This document shows, piece by piece, positions 7,572 to 16,003 of a DNA stretch of 64,000 nucleotides; positions within the stretch are counted from its first letter, which is position 1, and each line of letters starts with the position of its first letter. A model generated the notes under the pieces. That model had not been told where the DNA came from and did not search any database. It saw only the letters and a program-made list of their open reading frames with translations. The DNA comes from Ructibacterium sp. (GTDB lineage Bacteria; Bacillota; Clostridia; Monoglobales; Monoglobaceae), in contig JAZUMJ010000150.1 in assembly GCA_045603605.1 (NCBI GenBank), positions 718 through 64,717 on the forward strand, read 5' to 3'. A program made the position numbers and the translations under genes.

Positions 7572-8597
7572 TTAATAGTCGTCCATCTCCTGATTGACTA
7601 ATGATTCAACACATTTTAATACATCAGGATTTTCCTCTAAAAATGTGTATACAGAAGATTGTCCGTGAATTTTACCCTCAATAATCTCTCCAGTATGTAC
7701 ATTAACAATATCGAACCATGCTCCCGACTTTTGAATAATATCAAATTTTATAGCTACGTCAACAAGGTCTTTTAAATAATCAATTCCAAACTCATAATTC
7801 AATGTATAAAATCCAGTGCGTCTTGTAGGCGGACAGGTTTTATTTTTGGTCATACTCATCATTACAATATTTCCAACCGGATTCTCTGCTGACCTTGTCA
7901 ATTCATTACCCTTTGCATCAATGAATTTTCCTCTACTAAACTGCATCCGCACAGAACAAAAATGTTTAAATGCTTTTCCTCCGGGAGTAACTGTTCCTCC
8001 CCACGTACTATTTAAGTCCTCACGAATTTGATTAATTCCAATTCCTGTGCATTTATGTCTCTGCATCAACATTTCAATTTTTTTACCAAACAATGTTAGT
8101 GGCTTTGCAATACCTCCGTATGTCTTATCTTCCATTGTCTTTTCTAATTCCTGAGCAGATAACAAAGCTCCGATACTATCTAATACCCACAATCCGACTT
8201 CGCCAGTGTCTACTGCATCACATATTATCTGGAATATTTCCTCTGCTGACTGTGACTTAGGCTGTAAAATATACATCTTATCCACATCAACACCTATCTT
8301 TTTAGCCCATTCCACATCTAATGTATTTTCAGCGTCTATATACAACACATCTCGACCATCATCTGATTTTTGATAATTCGCCACTATATCTAATGCCGTT
8401 GTAGTTTTTCCTCCATGCTCTTCTCCATAAAACTCTGTTATCTTGCCCACAGGGATTCCGCCAAAACTACAATAATTCATTCTCGGAGAAGTAAATGGAA
8501 TACGTCTATAAGAAAAATCACTCAGACCTTTAGTAATTATTTCTTCCTTAAATTTTTTATTGGTATTCTTAATAATTTCGTCAAGTTTCTGTCCCAT
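7572..8597 (-). CDS. recA: RecA-family recombinase
   Basis: GGIPVGKITEFYGEEHGGKTT, YIDAE, VLDSIGAL, INQIR, TPGGKA. Confidence 0.95.
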   Translation of the reverse strand: MGQKLDEIIKNTNKKFKEEIITKGLSDFSYRRIPFTSPRMNYCSFGGIPVGKITEFYGEEHGGKTTTALDIVANYQKSDDGRDVLYIDAENTLDVEWAKKIGVDVDKMYILQPKSQSAEEIFQIICDAVDTGEVGLWVLDSIGALLSAQELEKTMEDKTYGGIAKPLTLFGKKIEMLMQRHKCTGIGINQIREDLNSTWGGTVTPGGKAFKHFCSVRMQFSRGKFIDAKGNELTRSAENPVGNIVMMSMTKNKTCPPTRRTGFYTLNYEFGIDYLKDLVDVAIKFDIIQKSGAWFDIVNVHTGEIIEGKIHGQSSVYTFLEENPDVLKCVESLVNQEMDDY

Positions 8598-8600
8598 ATA

Positions 8601-8816
8601 TTATAAACCTCTATTTCTTAACCTTAATAATTTTATATACTCTATTTTATCTATTTCTACCGAAGTCCATCTATGTCCGCAATTTTCACATTTTCGCCTA
8701 CGTCTAATAATATCACCTTCAATTCGTGTATCAATTACAAATCCATCTACGCCACATTTAGGGCACATTCGAGGATTTCTATTTTGCATCTTCATAATCC
8801 TCACATAAGAACGCAA
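8601..8816 (-). CDS. NrdR-like Zn-ribbon protein
   Basis: MCPKCG...VIDTR...IRRRRKCENCGHRWTSVE matches the NrdR N-terminal domain; no ATP-cone. Confidence 0.75.
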   Translation of the reverse strand: MRSYVRIMKMQNRNPRMCPKCGVDGFVIDTRIEGDIIRRRRKCENCGHRWTSVEIDKIEYIKLLRLRNRGL

Positions 8817-9315
8817 TATTACAAGCTAAATGCCACAGATGAAGAAGTCCGCTTTCTTCATCAACACTGTCCGGATTATCTAAATATGCTAAAAAATGAC
8901 GAAACGCCGCATCTTTATATCTTTCCTTTGATACCTGTTTCCAATTATTCGGATCATTATGATACCTTGCTGTACCGTACATTCTCACTTTGGCTATATC
9001 TCTAATAATCTGTCTCGGCACAAGAGTTAATTTAAGTTTGCCAGCGTCAGCTTTTGCAGTCTGGTCATTATTCAGTATATCCATAAAATTGCTTAATGTA
9101 CCATTAAAAGTCCAATCGCAATGCTTACATTTCCATGAATATTGCTGAGGATATGTAGTAAGTATAATATTATTCTCCAATATCGAATTACCACATTTAG
9201 GACACTTATATTGTGTTTGATTCCATCCATCTGTTGATAATTCAGCAGCCACTTTATTCACCTCTTCCTGTGTCGGAAAACTACTCCTAATAATACATAC
9301 ATTTTCTTCGTTCAT
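8779..9315 (-). CDS. Zn-ribbon fused to a DUF5664-type dATP/dGTP diphosphohydrolase domain
   Basis: KADAGK...L.P...YG.ARY...NNW...Y.DAAFRH...DEESGL.HL.H.ACNIAFL. Confidence 0.8.
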   Translation of the reverse strand: MNEENVCIIRSSFPTQEEVNKVAAELSTDGWNQTQYKCPKCGNSILENNIILTTYPQQYSWKCKHCDWTFNGTLSNFMDILNNDQTAKADAGKLKLTLVPRQIIRDIAKVRMYGTARYHNDPNNWKQVSKERYKDAAFRHFLAYLDNPDSVDEESGLLHLWHLACNIAFLCEDYEDAK

Positions 9316-9647
9316 TCTCTCACCTCATTTATATACTGCTGTAACTGTTGAAATAATTTCTCCGATATAATATAATATCTCACATTTGCACTCGGTCCAA
9401 AGTCAAAACATAATGTTGAATAATTCTTACCCATAGCAAATGCTTCTTCCTCATTCTTTAGCAACCATTCTTCTTGCACTGTAAATGATTTAGAATCTTT
9501 GGTTTTCGTCTTACATTCAATCAACCAATCTGTAGTATACACATCACCCTTGCTAAACGCTGTGGCTCCGCTGTTCGCAGTCAGTTTACCATTTACAGCT
9601 TTAGCAACTTTCTTCTCCTGCCTGCTACTAAAATGCCTTGTGTTCAT
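9312..9647 (-). CDS. PD-(D/E)xK nuclease, Holliday-junction-resolvase-like
   Basis: QE...SGA...KGDV...LIECKT motif. Confidence 0.75.
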   Translation of the reverse strand: MNTRHFSSRQEKKVAKAVNGKLTANSGATAFSKGDVYTTDWLIECKTKTKDSKSFTVQEEWLLKNEEEAFAMGKNYSTLCFDFGPSANVRYYIISEKLFQQLQQYINEVRE

Positions 9648-9868
9648 ACTCTTTTGCGTTTCCTCCCTGTTGCTATCTGACGTAACATACATGGTTTATA
9701 TTGTATAGAATAACTTTCACAATCTTCACAAAAGAATTCAGGCATTTTCATTCTTTTACGTTGCCACCATGTAGACATTGCATATTCTGTCCAATAATTC
9801 CATGCCTTAGAAAAGCATCTTTGATAACTACTACTATAAGCCTCTTTAAGTATCTTTTCTTTTTTCAT
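9644..9868 (-). CDS. Hypothetical protein
   Basis: Stop/start overlaps with both neighbours. Confidence 0.6.
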   Translation of the reverse strand: MKKEKILKEAYSSSYQRCFSKAWNYWTEYAMSTWWQRKRMKMPEFFCEDCESYSIQYKPCMLRQIATGRKRKRV

Positions 9869-10131
9869 CCTTTACCTTCTTCACGTTCACGCATATCTGC
9901 CCCACAATTGGGACAGAAGTTCCAACCGAGAGAGCCATCATCTCCACAACGGTTACATATATCCCATACATTAGCCTTGTTTCGTATCCACTTACCTTTT
10001 TTTCGTGACTCGATGGTAGGCATAATGTCTATATCATCTTTATATACGACTTCCGTGTATTCATACTGTCCGTTACCTAACGGGACAAGCATTTCATGTG
10101 TTTCTAAAGCATCTGCGTCTATTAACCTCAT
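9865..10131 (-). CDS. Modular Zn-finger mini-protein (MRLIDADAL...RKKGKWI...FCPNCGADMR)
   Basis: Shares modules with neighbouring ORFs. Confidence 0.75.
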   Translation of the reverse strand: MRLIDADALETHEMLVPLGNGQYEYTEVVYKDDIDIMPTIESRKKGKWIRNKANVWDICNRCGDDGSLGWNFCPNCGADMREREEGKG

Positions 10132-10226
10132 TCCGTATCACCTCGCATATCTGCCCCTATATCGGGGCATAATGGCATATAGCCTGTTCTTGCCACTGTC
10201 CATCCATCACGATAACTCGGCATCAT
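10128..10226 (-). pseudogene. 32-aa remnant of the same family (…LCPDIGADMRGDTE)
   Basis: ATGA overlaps at both ends; keeps a degenerate CPxxGADMR C-terminal module. Confidence 0.5.
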
Positions 10227-10567
10227 TTGGCATCACCTGCCTTTCTCATATCCGCACCGCAATGGCAAAACGGATAAACTATTCGTACATCATACCCCCT
10301 CATTACTGACACGTGCCTTCCGCACTCTGAACATGAATAATCGTATTCCATTCTCTTTTGGATAGTCTTATTTATCCATTTTCCCTTCTTGCGTTCTGGC
10401 TTGATGGTCGGCTGTGATTCTATTCCTTTAATAACCTTGTCTATCGTTTCATATATAAGCCTTGCGTTATTCCACTCTTCCCCTGTCATGCGCTCATAAA
10501 CAGGTGCTTCAGAAAACTGCCAATCCGAAAGACTACGAATTAGCGCATCAGCGTCAATTAATCTCAT
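10223..10567 (-). CDS. Modular Zn-finger mini-protein (MRLIDADAL...RKKGKWI...CSECG...FCHCGADMR)
   Basis: AGAAAGGAG RBS before ATG 10567. Confidence 0.75.
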   Translation of the reverse strand: MRLIDADALIRSLSDWQFSEAPVYERMTGEEWNNARLIYETIDKVIKGIESQPTIKPERKKGKWINKTIQKRMEYDYSCSECGRHVSVMRGYDVRIVYPFCHCGADMRKAGDAK

Positions 10568-10835
10568 CGGTTCTCCTTTCTGCACGGCTGCAAAAGTCGT
10601 CTGGTTTTGTTTCAATTTCTGCGACAAAGTCATTTACGCATTGATGCCTGTCTGTTCGCTTTATGCTCTTGTAATAGCCGCAATCCTTACACCTCACGAC
10701 TTCAACAACATCTACAGTAGGCTGTTCGTCAATAGTTTGATGGATAATAATAGTAAGCAACTCACCCATTTCTTTAGACTCTTTTGGCAAAGTCAATACT
10801 GCTTTGAGTGCATCAGCATCAATGTATCTCGGCAT
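10554..10835 (-). CDS. Modular Zn-finger mini-protein (MPRYIDADAL...VVRCKDC...DDFCSRAERR)
   Basis: Shared modules; overlapping start/stop. Confidence 0.75.
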   Translation of the reverse strand: MPRYIDADALKAVLTLPKESKEMGELLTIIIHQTIDEQPTVDVVEVVRCKDCGYYKSIKRTDRHQCVNDFVAEIETKPDDFCSRAERRTDEIN

Positions 10836-11229
10836 CTTTCCTTCTCCCATCTGCACAATAAAAATCTTCGTGTCCCAAATTAAAATGAATATCACAATGG
10901 CATTTGTTTACTAACGGTGTTCTATTTAACCATGGCGTCCAGTGAACGCAATCCTTGCACCGCACGACCTCTGACAAAGCCTCTGCTTTTCCTCGTTCAT
11001 AGGCCGCTTTCCAAAGTTTGTCGGAATACTCGGATAAGTCTGCGATAGGTGCGAATGATGATGTACTCCCCAAATAGCGGTCAAGCGGTTTCAATAAACC
11101 ACGGATTTTTCTGATAGCTTCTTCCGCTGATATATGCTCTTTGCTTACGTCCACGCAAGTCTCACTTATGAAGAACCATGCGTCATTAACGGCTTCGTAA
11201 AACTGCGAAAATGATAGGTTCTCTTTCAT
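10819..11229 (-). CDS. Modular Zn-finger mini-protein (…GKAEALSEVVRCKDC...DFYCADGRR)
   Basis: Shared modules. Confidence 0.7.
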   Translation of the reverse strand: MKENLSFSQFYEAVNDAWFFISETCVDVSKEHISAEEAIRKIRGLLKPLDRYLGSTSSFAPIADLSEYSDKLWKAAYERGKAEALSEVVRCKDCVHWTPWLNRTPLVNKCHCDIHFNLGHEDFYCADGRRKDAEIH

Positions 11230-11525
11230 TCGTCTGCTCCTTCCTGTTCACCTCTCATATCTGCTCCGCAGTTAGGACAGAACTTAAAATCTTCGACCAT
11301 TTCATTATCATCGTTGCTCCACCAATCACCACACTCGGAGCATTTGTAATTTCCTGCGTATAGCTTTACCCAATTCCCCCTAACATTCGGGCGAACGTCT
11401 GCGGTAGGCTGTTCGTCAATCAAGCCGATAATGCAAGACTTATCGTATGTGTCACTAAAACCGTTGTAACAATTCGGCAAATCCAGAACGCTCTTCCTCA
11501 GTGCATCAGCATCAATCAGTCGCAT
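11226..11525 (-). CDS. Modular Zn-finger mini-protein (MRLIDADAL...CSECG...FCPNCGADMR)
   Basis: AGAAAGGAG RBS before ATG 11525. Confidence 0.75.
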   Translation of the reverse strand: MRLIDADALRKSVLDLPNCYNGFSDTYDKSCIIGLIDEQPTADVRPNVRGNWVKLYAGNYKCSECGDWWSNDDNEMVEDFKFCPNCGADMRGEQEGADE

Positions 11526-12012
11526 CGGTTCTCCTTTCTGCGTCAGCACAAAACCAATCTGGCTTACGAGTTATCCCATATTGTCCCTTTACACATATTG
11601 ACGGTTTATATCTATTGTCGTCCGTGCCGTCCTTCTTTAGCCAAGCTATTTCGTAATACTTGCAATCCTTACATCGCACAATTTCCGACAACGCCTCTGC
11701 CTTACCTAACTCAAATACCTTTTCAAGTTCAGCTTGTTCCAAATCCTGCATCTTTTGAATTTCTGCTTCGGCATATGGCTGTGCTCTGAGTGCCTTTCGT
11801 CCATCTTCCCAACCTTGCATGTATGCCTGTTCTTTTTGCAAGTGAATCATGTCTTTATCTGACTGTGCGGAGGGCAATTGTGAAACACACGCTTGATAAT
11901 CCCCCCACCCCTCATTGTATGCATCGTCAAGATTGCATGTTTGGTATTTCCTAAGTCCCTTCGGCGTAAGCGGAATGCTAATCGCCGCCTGTCTGTCTAT
12001 GTAATCGCTCAT
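11512..12012 (-). CDS. Modular Zn-finger mini-protein (MSDYIDRQAAI...LPSAQ...IVRCKDC...FCADAERR)
   Basis: AGAAAGGAG RBS before ATG 12012. Confidence 0.75.
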   Translation of the reverse strand: MSDYIDRQAAISIPLTPKGLRKYQTCNLDDAYNEGWGDYQACVSQLPSAQSDKDMIHLQKEQAYMQGWEDGRKALRAQPYAEAEIQKMQDLEQAELEKVFELGKAEALSEIVRCKDCKYYEIAWLKKDGTDDNRYKPSICVKGQYGITRKPDWFCADAERRTDATD

Positions 12013-12448
12013 CGGTTCTCCTTTCTGCCTGTGAACAATACCCATCCAATTCTAAACCCTGCTCAAAACGGCAAACGCCATGCATAAGGCAATCCTTTCA
12101 CCGTATGATTTTGGGTTCAAACATTATGCAATAGTCTTTTTCGTTAACCCACTTACATCTAATGTTGCAGTAAACCTCGAACGGTCTTTCTGCTATGTGA
12201 TGCTCGCAGGAAAGGCACTTCACTTCTGGGTCGCACTCTGCACAGTAAGCGTAATTATCTTCTGTTAATGGACGCTGCTCTGGCTGTGCAGACGGTAACT
12301 GCATAAGTAATCTATGCAACTCACCTTTACTTTTTGCTTTTAATAACGCATTAATCGCCGCCTGTCGGCTGATGCAATCAGTTGCAAGTTGGTTGCAAGT
12401 TGGTTGCAAGTTTAAGGTGTCTGCGTTTGTCCACTCTGCTTTAATCAT
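11978..12448 (-). pseudogene. Modular Zn-finger gene with an in-frame TGA (12098-12100) at the conserved Cys of RCKDC
   Basis: PKIIR-TGA-KDCLMHGVC...DGYCSQAERRTDE continues in frame to TAG at 11978. Confidence 0.7.
12381..12412. repeat. About three tandem copies of an 11-bp unit (GTTGCAAGTTG) inside a CDS
   Basis: gttgcaagttg gttgcaagttg gttgcaagtt. Confidence 0.9.
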
Positions 12449-12689
12449 GTTCTTCTCTCCTCACCATCTCATTCCAGTTATGTCGTGCTTTTCGTTCATT
12501 TTCACCATATGCTTCACGTCTACATTTCGGGCATCTGATTATCGCCCGATTGTAGTCGTGTGTTCCGCACCATCGCTCCCGTCTGGTACAGCCACACACG
12601 CACGGTAAGAGCTTCTCTTGTGGCGGCGGAATCTTGCTTATTTTATAGCCAAGGGCTTTCGCCTCATCTCTCAGTTCTTCTATGGTCAT
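12441..12689 (-). CDS. Lar (restriction alleviation)-like Zn-ribbon protein
   Basis: LLPCVCG...CPKC...ARHNWN pattern. Confidence 0.55.
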   Translation of the reverse strand: MTIEELRDEAKALGYKISKIPPPQEKLLPCVCGCTRRERWCGTHDYNRAIIRCPKCRREAYGENERKARHNWNEMVRREEHD

Positions 12690-13120
12690 TCGTTTGCTCC
12701 TTCCTTGTAGGGTTTCGGTGACGGCATCCATGCAGTTATATTTTGCCAGTCTTTCGTGCTGTCTAAGGAAAAACCATCATCGTAATAACATACGTCTTTC
12801 CATACATATTTTCCGTCTGTAACAAGTATTTCCTGCTCATCCTCTGGCATTTCACAATCTGCCATGTATGTATAATATTCAGCTTCTTTTTCGTCTGGTT
12901 CTCTCCATTTAACAGGAATCCACTTCGGCTCTGGCTGTGCGGATGGCAGAACATAGAGTTCTTTTTGCTTTTTATCGAGTAATTTCCACACGGATTGCAC
13001 TTGCTCGTGGTGTTCAACATATTCTGGTACCGTGGGCGATGGTATATCTATCTCCCATAATGCGTGTCTTATCTCATCAAGCGCATCTATTGCCGCTTTC
13101 CGGTTGATTAAATCATCCAT
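12686..13120 (-). CDS. Modular protein with DUF551-like C-terminus (WIPV...AWMP.PKPY)
   Basis: DLINRKAAIDAL, LPSAQPE and AWMP modules. Confidence 0.7.
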   Translation of the reverse strand: MDDLINRKAAIDALDEIRHALWEIDIPSPTVPEYVEHHEQVQSVWKLLDKKQKELYVLPSAQPEPKWIPVKWREPDEKEAEYYTYMADCEMPEDEQEILVTDGKYVWKDVCYYDDGFSLDSTKDWQNITAWMPSPKPYKEGANE

Positions 13121-13299
13121 TAACCCACATCTCCTCCTGATACACCATTACATCTGATAGAAAATTTTAGACCTTCAATCATACCTTTCAACCATTCCAC
13201 TTGGGCTTCAAGATACTTGATATGCTCCAGATATTCTTTCTCCATTGCGGCCTTTTCCGCTGATACCTGCTCCGTTGTCATTTCTGTTTTTTCGTTCAT
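13120..13299 (-). CDS. Small coiled-coil hypothetical protein
   Basis: MNEKTEMTTEQ...GVSGGDVG, 59 aa, GGAGG RBS; not in the ORF track. Confidence 0.6.
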   Translation of the reverse strand: MNEKTEMTTEQVSAEKAAMEKEYLEHIKYLEAQVEWLKGMIEGLKFSIRCNGVSGGDVG

Positions 13300-13302
13300 C
13301 TT

Positions 13303-14064
13303 TTATCCCTCCACAATATAAACTGCTGCTGAAGTCATTCCATAACTTGGAATTTCACTGTGGTCATTCACATAAATATCCACCCATCCATCACTAACTC
13401 CACGGTCTTGAACTTCATAATACCCAAAACCCTCAATATAAAGTATCGTACCAAACGGATAACTCGGACCTGCGGCAACTGTCCAACCTGCTGTAGGAAC
13501 ATTACCACTTGCTGTCTGCATCATGCCAGCATATTGTCCGACACATTCAGGACAATCGTCATAGAACGTAACTGTCCAATCACCGACATACGTAAGCACT
13601 TCCTGTGGTTCTTCTACGAACTCTTCCTCAACGTCTGTATATTCTGAAATTCCTGCTCCGTCATTTGATTGAACATCTTCAACTGTTCCGGATTCATCAT
13701 ACACATCAACTGCATTGTTATTAACCTCAATGTAGTCTGTAACATTTCCAACTGACTGATTATCACAGCACTCAAACCCATATCCAATAAGTTCTGCTGT
13801 TCCTGTGACGTTAGACTGTGACTCTGAAATTTCTGTATCAGATTCTGCACCAACTCGTCCAACTGTGTTGTGTTCTTCTGGCTCATCTTGTTTAATCTCC
13901 TTTATCGCTTTAACTGTTTCTGCTTTGCCTTGAGTAATTATAATCGGCTTATGATATACTTCGGTTGTAGTTCTCTTATCATAAGGACTCGGTATAATAC
14001 ATAATACAGCTACTATACCTGCTAAAATATATAATCCTTTACCCCTCATCTTCTTCATCATCAT
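13303..14064 (-). CDS. Membrane-anchored 3D-domain (MltA-like cell-wall hydrolase/binding) protein
   Basis: N-terminal TM helix, acidic linker, TASG...TVAA...PFGTILYIEG.G...VQDRG...VDIY. Confidence 0.85.
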   Translation of the reverse strand: MMMKKMRGKGLYILAGIVAVLCIIPSPYDKRTTTEVYHKPIIITQGKAETVKAIKEIKQDEPEEHNTVGRVGAESDTEISESQSNVTGTAELIGYGFECCDNQSVGNVTDYIEVNNNAVDVYDESGTVEDVQSNDGAGISEYTDVEEEFVEEPQEVLTYVGDWTVTFYDDCPECVGQYAGMMQTASGNVPTAGWTVAAGPSYPFGTILYIEGFGYYEVQDRGVSDGWVDIYVNDHSEIPSYGMTSAAVYIVEG

Positions 14065-14209
14065 TCTGCACCTCATCAATTTCACTACTCCCACAATACG
14101 GACAATATGCTATATCTTCATATGCTGGCATGCCCCAAAATTCTCCCCTATACTCTGAAACAACGTGAGGGTATTCAAATATACCCCCACACCAATCACA
14201 CTTTAACAT
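14039..14209 (-). CDS. Small Zn-ribbon protein (CDWCG...CPYCGS)
   Basis: 56-aa ORF with GAGG RBS and two CxxC pairs. Confidence 0.65.
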   Translation of the reverse strand: MLKCDWCGGIFEYPHVVSEYRGEFWGMPAYEDIAYCPYCGSSEIDEVQNDDEEDEG

Positions 14210-14210
14210 A

Positions 14211-14723
14211 TTATTGTACCTCTATTTCTCTTTTTATCTGATTCAAGGTAAGTCCGGGACACGTATCTTCTTTGGTAGCATATTTAGTATGCAGCCAAAC
14301 ACTATTAATCTCAGCGTCCCAATAATTGTCACCATTACGGAAACTATGATAAAGAACATCTCCATCAGGACTATAGCCAGTTAAACTTTCTTTCTTATGC
14401 GCCCACATACCATGAGCACATCCTTTTACACCAACTTTAAAACATACATAACCAGTAAATCCTAATTTAATTGCAATCTCAAGAAATCGTTTCATCTGCC
14501 TTAACTGCGATAAACTTATTAAATCTGTCCACCAATCAAATATTGATAATTCTTCATAAACTGAATCGGTAAAAAACATCCATCTACGATTTGCTCCGTA
14601 GCCGTAAACACAACAACGACCACTAAAATCATAATTTCGGGACTTAGAATTTAACTCGGTCAGCTCCTCAATACAACGATTAACATTGTTTAATACCTTT
14701 TTTGCGTTCATATCCTTGTTCAT
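14211..14723 (-). CDS. Hypothetical protein with its own promoter (moron-like)
   Basis: AAAGGAG RBS before ATG 14723. Confidence 0.75.
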   Translation of the reverse strand: MNKDMNAKKVLNNVNRCIEELTELNSKSRNYDFSGRCCVYGYGANRRWMFFTDSVYEELSIFDWWTDLISLSQLRQMKRFLEIAIKLGFTGYVCFKVGVKGCAHGMWAHKKESLTGYSPDGDVLYHSFRNGDNYWDAEINSVWLHTKYATKEDTCPGLTLNQIKREIEVQ

Positions 14724-14770
14724 AGAGTTTCTCCTTTTTAGAAAATTGCATAGTGTACTTACTACTATAT

Positions 14771-14799
14771 ATAGTAACATTATATAACACGTTAGTCAA
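14771..14799 (-). promoter_or_regulatory. sigmaA-type promoter
   Basis: TTGACT-N17-TACTAT with AACGTGTT in the spacer. Confidence 0.6.
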
Positions 14800-14824
14800 T
14801 GACTTTTTAAAAAACGCCATTAAT

Positions 14825-15349
14825 CTATCTATTTCCGATTCTTGTCAATTCAGTTTCCTGCATACGTCTACTCAGGACCTTCTTACAACTTCCCAACAGT
14901 TCTTGTGCATTTTCTACTTTTGCTTTCATGGTCTTATATGCTCTTGAATAACAGACGTTGGTTAATTGTTCTTGTTGACTCTCCAATTCTGCAACACTAT
15001 CTTTATCCGCAATTGTACCTGTTCCTAATTCACTTCGTTTACTATGGTACATTTCTTTCCAAACAGCCTTAGATATATCATCTCTAATCCCTAATTGTTC
15101 ACACAATCCACCTGCAAAATAAATAAGGGTTGATAAATTTAAACAAAAATCATCCAACTCAGCATCTGTTGGCGGATTTTCACCGTCTTTTAAACAATCT
15201 CTAATAAAAAGAACATAAGCATCCAAGTCTCTTGAATATGGATCTACAATGGATTGTACAATATCATCAATCGTTTTTGATTGTTCCTCAACATAATCTT
15301 TTATATTAAAAACCTTATTTAATTCAGCATCGGTTAAATTGAATTTCAT
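14825..15349 (-). CDS. Helical hypothetical protein, possible recombination mediator
   Basis: Long amphipathic helices; lies next to recU. Confidence 0.6.
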   Translation of the reverse strand: MKFNLTDAELNKVFNIKDYVEEQSKTIDDIVQSIVDPYSRDLDAYVLFIRDCLKDGENPPTDAELDDFCLNLSTLIYFAGGLCEQLGIRDDISKAVWKEMYHSKRSELGTGTIADKDSVAELESQQEQLTNVCYSRAYKTMKAKVENAQELLGSCKKVLSRRMQETELTRIGNR

Positions 15350-15373
15350 TGATTTCTCCTTTCCTCATTTTAA

Positions 15374-15829
15374 CTACTCATAAAAATTAAATAAAACGTC
15401 CATATTATAATCAAAAAAGATTCGTTTTTTTCTACCTTCGATAACAATACCTACTGCATTATCATATCGAATACTTCTATTTCCCGTCTGTTTAAGCCAA
15501 TCCAAATATTCTATAGGAATAAACATTGTCACGTCTTTATCAATCCACCAACACAATACTCCTGCGTGAACTCCGATTATTTTTGATTTCTCCAATAATC
15601 CATCCCATTGGGTGTCGGTAATATTGCTGAAAGGCAATACATTGCCATGAACCGTTTTACACTCTATATAATATTCATACGGTTCCTTATAAACTATAAA
15701 ATCACAAATATTAAAACTTCCTTTGTACCCCGTTGTCTGGTCATGGAGACGGTCTATTGATACTTGAGGAATTTTCTCAAACGCTTTTTTTATAACCGAT
15801 TCAAATTGTTTACCCCTGTTTATCGCCAT
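15374..15829 (-). CDS. recU: Holliday junction resolvase RecU
   Basis: NRGKQFE, CDF...IECKT, FSNITDTQ motifs. Confidence 0.85.
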   Translation of the reverse strand: MAINRGKQFESVIKKAFEKIPQVSIDRLHDQTTGYKGSFNICDFIVYKEPYEYYIECKTVHGNVLPFSNITDTQWDGLLEKSKIIGVHAGVLCWWIDKDVTMFIPIEYLDWLKQTGNRSIRYDNAVGIVIEGRKKRIFFDYNMDVLFNFYE

Positions 15830-16001
15830 ACTCTTTCTCCAGTTCTGCATAATTATCCATTATATATAAACATATATCAGTCGTAAGATTTGACCTCGAT
15901 AATTGTACAACTCTCCTAATACACCACATATTTGTAACACCGCTTTTCTGAATTCTAACATAATCCATAAATTGTTCTTTCGTGGGCTTATTAACTTTCA
16001 T
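15810..16001 (-). CDS. DUF5049-like small protein
   Basis: IQKSGVTNMW motif. Confidence 0.6.
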   Translation of the reverse strand: MKVNKPTKEQFMDYVRIQKSGVTNMWCIRRVVQLSRSNLTTDICLYIMDNYAELEKEYGDKQG

Positions 16002-16003
16002 AA

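Noticed and set aside
9701-10309. 202-aa plus-strand ORF and other antisense ORFs (e.g. 1060-1509, 43972-44409, 63139-63477)
   Set aside because: Shadow frames opposite well-supported genes; no RBS or recognisable motifs
10565-12028. Three identical 19-mers as a CRISPR array or attC sites
   Set aside because: Spacing is 0.5-1 kb and irregular, the repeats are coding/RBS junctions and not palindromic; kept only as shuffling anchors
12098-12100. Genome-wide stop-codon reassignment
   Set aside because: Core genes are intact in code 11 and TGA, TAG and TAA all end genes normally; only this one site is anomalous
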